NCBI GenBank assembly: GCA_000270325.1
Contig: BA000048.1
Coordinates: forward strand, 1,346,700 to 1,410,699
From: Candidatus Caldarchaeum subterraneum
GTDB taxonomy: Archaea > Thermoproteota > Nitrososphaeria_A > Caldarchaeales > Caldarchaeaceae
Direction: 5' to 3'
Length of the DNA: 64,000 nt
Positions 55,929 to 64,000 of this stretch are shown here, one piece after another. The notes under the pieces were generated by a model. The model saw nothing but the letters and a program-made list of their open reading frames with translations. It was not told the origin of the DNA and searched no databases. Position 1 is the stretch's first letter, and each line of letters starts with the position of its first letter. The position numbers and the translations under genes are program-made.

Positions 55929-56581
55929 CCTCGGCTGACGACTGCATCTACCCAAGCGACAGACTATACCTAGTGGAACAGGACCTCTGGGTACAGACTC
56001 TCTCAGACAACATCTACCGGGTAGGCGTCGTCAAACCTTTCCTATTTTTTGTAGGGAAACCTCACAAGGTCACGGTTAGGCAAGCAGGTAGCTTGGCGAA
56101 GAAAAACACCATGCTGGCTGTGTTCTCCAACCCACGGGCTGACGCAGCCTTGCTTGCGCCGGTTGACTGCTACATCCTCGAGACCAACCGGGATTTAACA
56201 CCAGAGCTTCTGGTGCAAAAACCCTACGACGAGGGATGGCTAGCCAAAATTCGTGTAGAAGAACCCTTAACGACAGCGGTCAACTCCTCGGCCGCCGCTG
56301 AGAAATTCGCCAACATTAACGCGGAAAGGGGTGTGGCCTGTATGGAGACACTTGCAGACTATCGTTTCACAGTCTTCGGCGAAACATGCGAAAACATCCT
56401 TACACAGGTTGGCGACTTTATCTCCAGATATCTCAAGGTAGGGGAGAGCTTACACGTAATCACAACCGACCCCGCCACAGAGGTTGACATGATTGCCTAC
56501 GCAGACCGCACTGGACACAAGCTGCTCGAAATCAAGAAAATCGGCAAACTACTCCACGTCATCTACATGCGCGCAGTCTAG
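55925..56581 (+). CDS. GcvH-like domain (no lipoyl lysine) fused to a TusA-like sulfur-carrier domain
   Basis: The N-terminal half aligns by eye to the H-protein (YRVGV...PYDEGWLAKIR), but the ESVKA lipoylation site reads FSNPRA. The C-terminal half matches TusA (FGETCENI...GESLHVITTDPATEVDMIAYADRTGHKLL) with the cysteine retained. The TTG start overlaps the rhodanese TGA (TTGA). Confidence 0.65.
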   Translation: MTSADDCIYPSDRLYLVEQDLWVQTLSDNIYRVGVVKPFLFFVGKPHKVTVRQAGSLAKKNTMLAVFSNPRADAALLAPVDCYILETNRDLTPELLVQKPYDEGWLAKIRVEEPLTTAVNSSAAAEKFANINAERGVACMETLADYRFTVFGETCENILTQVGDFISRYLKVGESLHVITTDPATEVDMIAYADRTGHKLLEIKKIGKLLHVIYMRAV

Positions 56582-57114
56582 GCTCTCCACCATTCAAACA
56601 TCAGGTAAACAACTTTCTCCTCGGCTGGGACAGATATCGTGAAATGTTTTTTGACGGAGGTCGCGAGGCGTCCGGCCCTTATAATCTCCAGGGCAGAGAG
56701 CTTTTCATCACCTTTCTTAATTTGTATGATGAAGGGCGCATGGTCTATGCCGGGGCCGTGTCGATAAACAGCGAAGTCGCTGCCGAACTTTATGCCGGGA
56801 AGGACCACGAAACCGCGGTCACGGAGGTCTGAGTATACACGGTATTTTGTTGGGAAATTCGGCTCCACAGATGAGGCGTATTCCTCAAACTCCTTTGGAG
56901 AAACCTCCACACCGCCGCGGAGTATTCGAAGCTTCCGCTGCCTGGCGAGGTACAGGGCTTCGACAAGGTCTAGGACCAGCGGTGCGTCAAAGTTCATGTC
57001 CTTGGGCTTCGGTATGCCGAGGGGTTTTCCATAGAAGCCGAGGCGGTACAGTTGCCGCGCCTGCTCAACATCCCATACGACTACGCTGTCTCCCAGCAGG
57101 AGGCCCTCAAACAA
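56578..57114 (-). CDS. endA: tRNA-splicing endonuclease
   Basis: YSDLRDRGFVVLPGIKFGSDFAVYRHGPGIDHAPFIIQI catalytic domain; 178 aa. Confidence 0.85.
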   Translation of the reverse strand: MFEGLLLGDSVVVWDVEQARQLYRLGFYGKPLGIPKPKDMNFDAPLVLDLVEALYLARQRKLRILRGGVEVSPKEFEEYASSVEPNFPTKYRVYSDLRDRGFVVLPGIKFGSDFAVYRHGPGIDHAPFIIQIKKGDEKLSALEIIRAGRLATSVKKHFTISVPAEEKVVYLMFEWWRA

Positions 57115-57125
57115 GGGGGTGCACT

Positions 57126-57791
57126 TTATAGGATGACGAAGGATAGTACGCGGAGTGTTTCTCCGGATTCCTCGGCCTTGTCGGCGATGTCCTCCAGCAT
57201 CGAGACGATTTCGCGGAGAAGTAGAAGCTGTCCAATCTTCATTTCCGACATGAGGATTGTCAAGTCTATGTTTCTGTAGAGCTCGTCCACTTTTCTCTCA
57301 AACTCTTCAGTTTCCTTGAGTTTTTGGTAGAAGGTTTCGCTGTTGAGTGTGACGGCGAGTATGGCTTCTCTCAGTCTGGTAACTGTTTGGAGAACAAGTT
57401 CACCCAATTCCAGCACCTTGGACGTTATCTCTTTGTCGAGTTTCATCTTGGATTTTACGAGGCTGACAACCCTGAATGCAACCCCCTCCGCTATGTCGGC
57501 TATCTTGTCTATGGAGTTGACTAAGCGGATAAAATCCTCTCTGTTGGTGAGTATGGCTCCTATCTCAGACACCTCTTTCTCCACCTGTCTGCGGCAGTTT
57601 TTCGCCGCCTCGTCAATCTGCAAAACCTCGGAGTAGGCCTCCTCAATCTTCTTGATGTCGGGTTCTCTGGTCACCATCTCCACCATAACAACGGTTTTGC
57701 GGAGAAGGTCGAGAATTCTCCTCATCTGGTCCTGTGTGAGCGAAAGCAGCCTTGAACGATAATCCTCAACTCTTTCTCTAGCTGCGTACAA
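57126..57791 (-). CDS. DUF47/TIGR00153-family PhoU-related protein
   Basis: Helical bundle with LTNREDFIRLVNSIDKIADIAEGVA and LREIVSMLEDIADKAEE, matching the two DUF47 repeats. Confidence 0.6.
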   Translation of the reverse strand: MYAARERVEDYRSRLLSLTQDQMRRILDLLRKTVVMVEMVTREPDIKKIEEAYSEVLQIDEAAKNCRRQVEKEVSEIGAILTNREDFIRLVNSIDKIADIAEGVAFRVVSLVKSKMKLDKEITSKVLELGELVLQTVTRLREAILAVTLNSETFYQKLKETEEFERKVDELYRNIDLTILMSEMKIGQLLLLREIVSMLEDIADKAEESGETLRVLSFVIL

Positions 57792-57813
57792 CCTGTAAAC
57801 ACCTGTTTACTAT

Positions 57814-58461
57814 ATGATGAGTCGAGTTTTAAATTTTTTTAAATGGTCTACGTGTCGTTGTGTCGTGTTCGGGGTGGCCGCGGCTGTTCTCGCCTCGGGG
57901 TTTGCGAAGAGGTTTGGAGCGGATAAACTGTCCACTATGTTGGGTGGAAAGCCTCTCTACACTTGGGCTCTGGAGGGTACTGCCCTCTGTGATTATAGAG
58001 CATTTGTTGTAAGGCCTGAGCAGCTGGGCAAGTACAGTGTTCCCGAGCATGTCTCGGTGCTGGTGAACAGGAGAGCGGATAAGGGCATGTCGGAGGCGTT
58101 GAAGCTCGCCGTCTCTTGGACACCGTATCAAGCCAGCGGCCTCTTGATTGTTTTGGGCGACATGCCTTTCATAAAACCCGTGGTGCAAAAGCTGTTAAAA
58201 ATTTTTCATGAAACGGGTGCGGAGGCTGTAGCCGCTGGATTAGACGGCAAGCCTTTGACGCCTGCTGTGTTCAGCAGACGGGTTTTCCAGAGGCTTCTGA
58301 ATCTGAGGGGTGATGTTGGCGCCCGCGGTGTGCTGTCGGAGATAAGGCCTGTTTTGGTTGATGTGGAGGAGTGGATGCTGCTGGATGTCGACAAAGTAGA
58401 GGACTTGAAAGAGGCTGAGAAGCGGCTGGAACTATGGAGACGTTTCCAACACGTTGACTGA
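57814..58461 (+). CDS. MobA/MocA-like nucleotidyltransferase
   Basis: AAAVLASGFAKRFGADKL (LAxGxSxRxG-like) and LGDMPFIKP motifs. A GTG at 57865 or 57874 is the likelier start, since TATA GTTTTAAATTTTTTTAAA lies at 57828-57848. Confidence 0.6.
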   Translation: MMSRVLNFFKWSTCRCVVFGVAAAVLASGFAKRFGADKLSTMLGGKPLYTWALEGTALCDYRAFVVRPEQLGKYSVPEHVSVLVNRRADKGMSEALKLAVSWTPYQASGLLIVLGDMPFIKPVVQKLLKIFHETGAEAVAAGLDGKPLTPAVFSRRVFQRLLNLRGDVGARGVLSEIRPVLVDVEEWMLLDVDKVEDLKEAEKRLELWRRFQHVD

Positions 58462-59361
58462 GTCTATTTTTCCGTCACCGTTGAGGTCGAGGCCCTCGAC
58501 GACCGCGGCCCATCTCTCCTGCCCCCCGTAGCCGCTCAAAAGATTCTGCCAGTGGTTTGTGAGAGCTATCACCGCCGCCTTTGTTCCAGCGGCCCTCAAC
58601 CCAGCCAAAACTATAACCCTCCTACTCTCGTTGAATGGGTTAACGGTTTTTGCAACCAGTCCCGTGAACTCGCTTGTGTAAACAGTCTTGGGAGAGACGA
58701 GACCACCCCAATAGTTGTTTTCTAGAAAATTGATCGGCATCTCTTTGTTGACGGCTGCTGTTAACAGGTTTGTTCCGGGCCCGCCTATTAGAAATAGGTT
58801 TTCGGTGTAGAGTTTCTCCGACTTGACGTCCACGTCCAGCCGCACCGCAAAATCTTTCTGAGAATCGATGTATTTTCCGAGGAACAGTCCTAGCTGGAAA
58901 CCATAGTGTCCGTCGGTTGCGGTGGCTCTAAAGGGACCGTGTGGATGAGGTGAGCCGACCACGACAAGTCCGTCAAGCACCCCGTCATGGATGATTGGGT
59001 TAAGAAAACTAGCCAGCTGCTCAGGCATCCACCGTGCCTGACGACTCGGTCTCCAGCATTTGCGGGAGTATACGGCTGCGATTCCCGATGAGGTGGTCTT
59101 GTAAATCCTCGCGTAACCACCCCTGCGAACAGTCTCACCGACCTCCTTCAACAAGCCAGCTTTCACCATACGCTCGACATGGAGGCTGACCAGCTGCTTG
59201 CTTAAACCTGTCTGAGCAGCCGCTCTCGAAATGTAGTTCCCGTCCACGAAAGCCCGCAAAACTTTCCAAGCCGTTGGTGTCGAAAGAGGGCGAAGACTAA
59301 CCGGGTCTGCGAGGATAACATCGGCCTCCGCGTCGTGTTTGACGACCTTAGCTACACGCAT
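58432..59361 (-). CDS. Winged-helix DNA-binding domain fused to an S-layer-like/LIGGPGTN domain with a dockerin/EF-hand-like loop
   Basis: N-terminal wHTH (AWKVLRAF...ISRAAAQTGLSKQLVSLHVERMVKAGLL) and no signal peptide. The C-terminal part contains LFLIGGPGTNLL and DLNGDGKID. Confidence 0.5.
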   Translation of the reverse strand: MRVAKVVKHDAEADVILADPVSLRPLSTPTAWKVLRAFVDGNYISRAAAQTGLSKQLVSLHVERMVKAGLLKEVGETVRRGGYARIYKTTSSGIAAVYSRKCWRPSRQARWMPEQLASFLNPIIHDGVLDGLVVVGSPHPHGPFRATATDGHYGFQLGLFLGKYIDSQKDFAVRLDVDVKSEKLYTENLFLIGGPGTNLLTAAVNKEMPINFLENNYWGGLVSPKTVYTSEFTGLVAKTVNPFNESRRVIVLAGLRAAGTKAAVIALTNHWQNLLSGYGGQERWAAVVEGLDLNGDGKIDSVNVLETSP

Positions 59362-59434
59362 GCTGTAAAGAATTTTTTGACCGGTCTTAAGTTTTTTGAA
59401 ACGACTTTATAAGTTAGCCAAGCCGCTTCCCGAC

Positions 59435-61252
59435 ATGTGCGGTATTGTAGGCTACGTGGGAGCCGGAGCGGCGGCGCCTATTCTTGTCAGGGGTCTTAAG
59501 CGGCTGGAGTACAGGGGGTATGACTCAGCAGGTGTTGCGACTATCTCCGGTAATGTTTTGTTGGTGGAGAAGGATGCGGGCAAGGTTGATGAGCTGAACG
59601 CTAAGCTGTCGCTAGACAAGATGCCCGGCAATATCGGTATAGCTCACACGAGATGGGCCACTCATGGAGCTCCATCAAAGGTCAACGCACACCCACACAC
59701 TGACTGCACAGGAACTGTTGCCGTCGTCCACAACGGTGTATTGGAGAATTTTCTCCAGCTGAGGAAAGAGCTCACCGACCTCAACCACAACATAGTCTCC
59801 AGAACAGATACAGAGGTTGTACCTCATCTTGTTGAGGATTTCATGAAGCGTGGCATGGGGTTTGAGGAAGCATTCGTCAACGCGGTTCGACGGCTTGAGG
59901 GGAGCTACGCGCTTGCAGCCATCTGTTTAAGAGAGCCTGATTTGATTATGGTTGCGCGTAAAGAGGCGCCGCTCATCATCGGTGTCGGCGACGGGTTTAA
60001 CATGGTTGCTTCTGACATGACTGCTTTGATAGAGATGACAAATCAGATGGTTTTTCTGCATGACGGTGACGCAGCGGCTGTTAGGGCTAACGGCTATAGG
60101 GTCTTCCGTGTAGCGGATGGGCAAATTGTTGAAAGGCCTGTTAAGACGGTTGCGCTGACCGTTGAGATGGCTGAGAAACAGGGTCATCCACATTTTATGT
60201 TGAAGGAGATTTTTGAGCAGCCCAATTCTCTGCGAGATGCGTTGAGAACCCAGAGAGAATATGTCGATTTGCTGGCGGAGCTATTGGACAAGGGGCGTGT
60301 GGTTTTTCTACTGGGTGCGGGCACCTCCTACAACGCGTGTCTCGCAGGCTCCTACCTTTTCTCAGCGGTCGCACGCATGCCCTCGTACCCAGTTATTGCC
60401 TCGGAGTTTGTGGCAAACTATGGTGGAGCTGTTGGAGCTGACACTGTCATTCTTGCCGTGAGCCAGTCGGGCGAGACAGCCGATGTCTTGAATGCCCTTG
60501 ACTTCGCTAGGATGAGGGCATGCACAATCCTTGGACTCACAAACACCGTCGGCTCAACGCTTACCCGTGTATCACGGGCGTATGTTCTCCAGAACTCGGG
60601 GCCTGAAATAGGTGTAGCCGCCACCAAGACATTTACTTCACAGGTTCTCGTCTTGGCGCAGATTGCGCTAAGGCTATCAAGGCTTAGAGGTAAGATTTCA
60701 CAGTTTGAGATGGATGATTTTGGACACGAGTTGTCAAAGGTTCCGAGGCTTGTGGAGGATGTTTTGCTCACCGCACCTGCCAAGGTGAAGGAGCTGGCGG
60801 AAACACTAGTAAACTCACCGTTCCTGTTCATCCTGGGCCGAGGAGTGTCAGTCAGCACGGCCTACGAGGGCCGGCTGAAGGTTATGGAGCTCTCCTACAT
60901 ACCCTGCATAGCCTATCCATCGGGGGAAAGCAAACACGGCCCCATAAGCGTGATTGAGGAAAAAATCCCCGTCATCTTCGTGGCACCTCCCGACGAATTC
61001 AGAAAGCAGAACATAGGCAGCATAATGGAGATGAAGGCCCGCGGAGCAAAAATCATCATCTTCGGCGACAGAGAAGATGAAGAGCTCAGGAGCCTCGCCG
61101 ACCACTACATCGGTCTTCCCAAAACTCATCCTCTTCTCTCCCCTATAATCTACACGGTTCCTTTCCAGCTTCTCGCCTACTACTTGGCCGTCCTCAAAGG
61201 ATACGACCCCGACAAGCCGAGAAACCTCGCCAAATCGGTAACAGTTCTCTGA
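59435..61252 (+). CDS. glmS: Glutamine--fructose-6-phosphate aminotransferase
   Basis: MCGIVGY N-terminal nucleophile (ATG at 59435; the track start at 59396 would bury Cys1), two SIS domains, and C-terminal NLAKSVTV. TATA CTTTATAAG lies about 25 nt upstream. Confidence 0.95.
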   Translation: MCGIVGYVGAGAAAPILVRGLKRLEYRGYDSAGVATISGNVLLVEKDAGKVDELNAKLSLDKMPGNIGIAHTRWATHGAPSKVNAHPHTDCTGTVAVVHNGVLENFLQLRKELTDLNHNIVSRTDTEVVPHLVEDFMKRGMGFEEAFVNAVRRLEGSYALAAICLREPDLIMVARKEAPLIIGVGDGFNMVASDMTALIEMTNQMVFLHDGDAAAVRANGYRVFRVADGQIVERPVKTVALTVEMAEKQGHPHFMLKEIFEQPNSLRDALRTQREYVDLLAELLDKGRVVFLLGAGTSYNACLAGSYLFSAVARMPSYPVIASEFVANYGGAVGADTVILAVSQSGETADVLNALDFARMRACTILGLTNTVGSTLTRVSRAYVLQNSGPEIGVAATKTFTSQVLVLAQIALRLSRLRGKISQFEMDDFGHELSKVPRLVEDVLLTAPAKVKELAETLVNSPFLFILGRGVSVSTAYEGRLKVMELSYIPCIAYPSGESKHGPISVIEEKIPVIFVAPPDEFRKQNIGSIMEMKARGAKIIIFGDREDEELRSLADHYIGLPKTHPLLSPIIYTVPFQLLAYYLAVLKGYDPDKPRNLAKSVTVL

Positions 61253-61286
61253 AAAAATTTATACAGCCTCCAAACTATCGGGAGAC

Positions 61287-61748
61287 GTGGGTTTCTGGAT
61301 ATTCGTCGTCAAAGACCATGTTCACGGCAAGGAAGTTATCCCCGCGGGAGCAATTGCTTCAGAAAGAGTGAAGCACGGTTTTTGGCTGGTGAGCTCGAGG
61401 ATAGCGGCCATGAAAGAGCTTGCGGAAGGCGGATCAGCCATTTTTTTCTCGACAGGCTCTGAGGGAAGGCTGTTTATCGGTGAGGGTGTTTTTTCCCAAC
61501 CGCCCATGCCCATAACTGATGAGATGAGGTTTCATATCAAGGGCTATCCCTCGGAGAAGCTCACACACTTCATCAAGCTTGACATGGCAAGGCTCTGGAC
61601 AACCCCCATCAAACTCGAAGAGGTTTTGGAAAACCTGAGCTTCATCAAAAACAAGCTGCGATGGTATGGATACTTCCGCGGAAGCGTTAGAAAAATACCT
61701 GAACAAGATTATCAATACCTTGTCTCGGCAGCGAGTTCTCAATCATAG
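61287..61748 (+). CDS. Hypothetical protein, possibly an EVE/PUA-like fold
   Basis: Weak pattern match only (FWIFVVK..., GFWLV..., MKELAEGGSAIFFSTGSEGRLFIGEGV). GTG start, with TATA AAATTTATACA about 25 nt upstream. Confidence 0.3.
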   Translation: MGFWIFVVKDHVHGKEVIPAGAIASERVKHGFWLVSSRIAAMKELAEGGSAIFFSTGSEGRLFIGEGVFSQPPMPITDEMRFHIKGYPSEKLTHFIKLDMARLWTTPIKLEEVLENLSFIKNKLRWYGYFRGSVRKIPEQDYQYLVSAASSQS

Positions 61749-63145
61749 ATACTTTTTATGCCAAGGGCCTCGGCGACGTCTCTCCCTGTTGCCCTGATGT
61801 CCTCGGGGCCGAGGCTTGCCACGCTATATTTACCCACAGCTGATGTGAGGAGCTGAACCTCCATCTTAATTGTCTCGAGATATTTTTTCACACCCTCGAC
61901 CCCTGCGGCATAGGCTGTTACCACGAACGGGCGTCCGAGGCCCGCGGCCCGTGCTCCGAAGCAGAGGACCTTCACGACGTCGGCGCCGTCGACGAGTCTC
62001 CCGCTGGCGACATAATCCATGTTTGTTTCACGGCTTAGCTTCATGATTTTCCCCAGCAGGGCCAGCAGAGGTAGGCCGAGGTCTTTTAACGCGGTGACGG
62101 GACTCAGCCCAGTTCCCCCTTCTTTTCCATCAACCCAGAACGCGTCCACTTTCTCTTGGCTGCAGAGCCTCGCAACATCCTCGATGTCTCTGTAGGGCCC
62201 CATCTTAACCCATATACGTGCCCGTGGATAGTTATTCCGCATTATCCTTATCATGCTTCGGAGAATTTCTTCAGTGTATGTGCCGGGTGCAGAGTGTCTC
62301 TCGTAAAGTTTTTTCTGAACATTGCGAGGGTCTGCGTCGAACACGTATTTGTCCGCCAGCTTTATGGCAAGCTCTCTTTCAATTAATGTTTCGCCTCCTA
62401 GGCCTGGCTTGGCTCCCTGTCCCAGCTTAATCTCGAACCCGACAAGTCCTTTGTCTAGGTAGGGTGTTATGTCGGGGTCTGAGTAGACCCTGTTCCAGAG
62501 CTCGTCGTATGCGTCTTCTACGCTTTGCTGTATATAGACGCCGCCTTTTCCATCGTCTTTGAGATTTTCGAGGTAGGTCATCACTCGTTCCTTGAAGCAT
62601 GGCTGGCTAGGTTTCACGCGCTCAGAGTATCCCCAGACGGTTGCCACGTTTTCACCCACACCCATGGGTATACCCGCTTCCGCCGACGCCTTAGCGACGT
62701 CGAGTGAGACCTTGTTATATACGGGTGTGGAGCCCATCGAAGCTACGGCGACGGGGAGACTGGACATGAAACCGCCAACCCTGCATGAGGTGTCCACATC
62801 CGTGAAGAGGGGTTCGCGCATCAGCTCCTCCATTTTCCGGAGTCTCAACGGTGTGTATAGTGGAGGAGTTATCAGGATTTTCTCGAGGGTGTCGTAGCGT
62901 GTTAAGTGGCTGGTGTAGATGGGAGCGCCCAGGAGAGCTTTACCGAACTCGTCAAGCTCCGATAACGGGAAGACTGATTGGCGGCCTTTCTCCGCTTTTT
63001 CAACCAGCTCCGTAACAGGGTATTGTTGAAAGAGTGACCGTGCAGCTCTCGGGTTCCGCGCAAGCTTTGTAAGTATGCTCAGTATGTTGGATGCTTTCAC
63101 GGCGAGTATATACCCGCGACCTTGGGGTAGGGACGAGCCTCCCAC
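61739..63145 (-). CDS. Glutamate synthase large-subunit domain-2-like FMN-binding protein
   Basis: KLGQGAKPGLGGE, the FMN-barrel sequence (SAPGTYTEEILRSMIRIMR...VWVKMGP...VDGKEGGTG) and GRLVDGADVVK. The start may lie downstream of 63145, which overlaps the upstream gene. Confidence 0.75.
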   Translation of the reverse strand: MGGSSLPQGRGYILAVKASNILSILTKLARNPRAARSLFQQYPVTELVEKAEKGRQSVFPLSELDEFGKALLGAPIYTSHLTRYDTLEKILITPPLYTPLRLRKMEELMREPLFTDVDTSCRVGGFMSSLPVAVASMGSTPVYNKVSLDVAKASAEAGIPMGVGENVATVWGYSERVKPSQPCFKERVMTYLENLKDDGKGGVYIQQSVEDAYDELWNRVYSDPDITPYLDKGLVGFEIKLGQGAKPGLGGETLIERELAIKLADKYVFDADPRNVQKKLYERHSAPGTYTEEILRSMIRIMRNNYPRARIWVKMGPYRDIEDVARLCSQEKVDAFWVDGKEGGTGLSPVTALKDLGLPLLALLGKIMKLSRETNMDYVASGRLVDGADVVKVLCFGARAAGLGRPFVVTAYAAGVEGVKKYLETIKMEVQLLTSAVGKYSVASLGPEDIRATGRDVAEALGIKSIYD

Positions 63146-64000
63146 ACGGCTTGGAGGCCGCAGAGATATCTTGTCAACCTCTCGACGCCGATGCCGAAGC
63201 CCGATGTCGGCCTAATTCCCTCCCGAAGCATGTCGAGATACCAGCCATACTTAGCAGGGTTCTCTCCGCTCTGTTTAAGCCTCTCCAACACTTTGCTGTA
63301 CTCGTATTCTCTCTCGGCACCGGATGCTGCTTCTCCATAGCCTTCAGGATACATGAGGTCAAAGTCTTTGAGTATGCCGGGGCGCTGTGGGTCCTCTTTG
63401 TCGTAGAAGCCTCTGGCGCCTTTGGGATAGTCTGTGATGAAGAAGGGCTCGTTGATGATTTTTGAGAGTTTCTCCTCCTGCGGCCACGGTATTTCGGCGT
63501 TGGGTTGGACTTGTTCCCCATGGGCGCGCAGTATCTCGATGGCTTCGGCGTGTGTGATTTTCCTGAATGGTGTTTTGAACCTTGGCAGCTTGCGGCCCAG
63601 CTGCTCCAGCTCTTGTCTGGCTGTTTCGGCGACGGTGTTGACCACGTATGCGAGGAGGTTTTCCGCAGTTGACATAGCCGCCCTATAGTCCACATCCGCT
63701 TCCTCTATGTCTATCTGGACAAATTCTACGAGATGTCTGCCTGTTGTAGCTGACTCGAGGGGCTCCAGTCTAATGTTCGGGGAGAAGAAGTAGATTTTGT
63801 CGAAGGCTGTTGCAAGCATCTGCTTGTAGAGGATTGCGCTGCTCATCACCTTATATTCTCGGCCATAATAGTCTATGGTTACTTGTTTGGCGCCACGTAT
63901 GCCGGGGTCGGTGACAGGGCCTATGATGGGTGGAAGAAGTTCTAAGAAACCGTGAGAGTCCAGCCAGCTTCTAACGGCTCTGTTTGCCTCTGCCTGCACG
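63097..64000 (-). CDS. Class II AsnRS/AspRS-type catalytic core (asparaginyl-tRNA synthetase or archaeal AsnA-like paralogue); the 5' end may lie outside the window
   Basis: Motif 1 region FLELLPPII, motif 2-like GRHLVEFVQIDIE, and motif 3 GFGIGVERLTRYL. The frame is open to the window edge, so the presence of an anticodon-binding domain cannot be judged. Confidence 0.7.
   Translation of the reverse strand, partial: VQAEANRAVRSWLDSHGFLELLPPIIGPVTDPGIRGAKQVTIDYYGREYKVMSSAILYKQMLATAFDKIYFFSPNIRLEPLESATTGRHLVEFVQIDIEEADVDYRAAMSTAENLLAYVVNTVAETARQELEQLGRKLPRFKTPFRKITHAEAIEILRAHGEQVQPNAEIPWPQEEKLSKIINEPFFITDYPKGARGFYDKEDPQRPGILKDFDLMYPEGYGEAASGAEREYEYSKVLERLKQSGENPAKYGWYLDMLREGIRPTSGFGIGVERLTRYLCGLQAVWEARPYPKVAGIYSP

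Noticed and set aside
1-64000. CRISPR arrays, rRNA genes, IS elements, large tandem or dispersed DNA repeats
   Set aside because: I saw no regularly spaced direct repeats, no transposase or integrase ORF and no rRNA-like non-coding stretch. Almost all sequence is accounted for by protein-coding genes. This was a by-eye scan, so short dispersed repeats could have been missed.

Overview
Gene-dense archaeal chromosomal segment of about 65 genes. I saw no rRNA, CRISPR array, transposase or integrase. Lineage markers are the PolD small subunit (partial, at the window start), CdvB plus CdvC/Vps4 division genes, an HMf-type histone, a thermosome, archaeal-type adenylate kinase, TrmI, tRNA-splicing endonuclease and a canonical box C/D sRNA. 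TATA boxes also sit about 25-30 nt upstream of many start codons, which implies leaderless transcripts. By inference this points to a PolD+Cdv+histone TACK-type archaeon (Thaumarchaeota/Aigarchaeota-like). Housekeeping content: a Liv-type amino-acid ABC transporter, SerS, a MacB-type ABC exporter with surface-domain proteins, GlyA, HemL-like aminotransferase, a SufB/D homologue, an Lhr helicase, acyl-CoA dehydrogenase, AroC, a complete pstSCAB-phoU locus with a divergent AbrB-PhoU regulator, TpiA, glycine cleavage gcvPA-PB-T, an RPA-like protein, etfBA-fixCX, rhodanese, EndA, GlmS, a GltB-like FMN protein and a partial AsnRS-like gene at the window end. The most interesting item is a translationally coupled three-gene operon at 21457-24521. 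It encodes a hinge-less, cysteine-free 584-aa SMC-like ATPase with SMC5/6-type head motifs, a kleisin-like protein and a MAGE/Nse3-like tandem winged-helix (kite) protein, and it is transcribed divergently from cdvC. Other notable items: a rhodanese coupled to a GcvH-like (lipoyl-lysine-less)/TusA fusion; a textbook C/D sRNA divergent from trmI; a surface-protein gene split by a -1 frameshift; identical inverted promoter elements driving the pho locus; and an EtfB with large insertions. Functional calls rest on motif recognition by eye; no database search was run.
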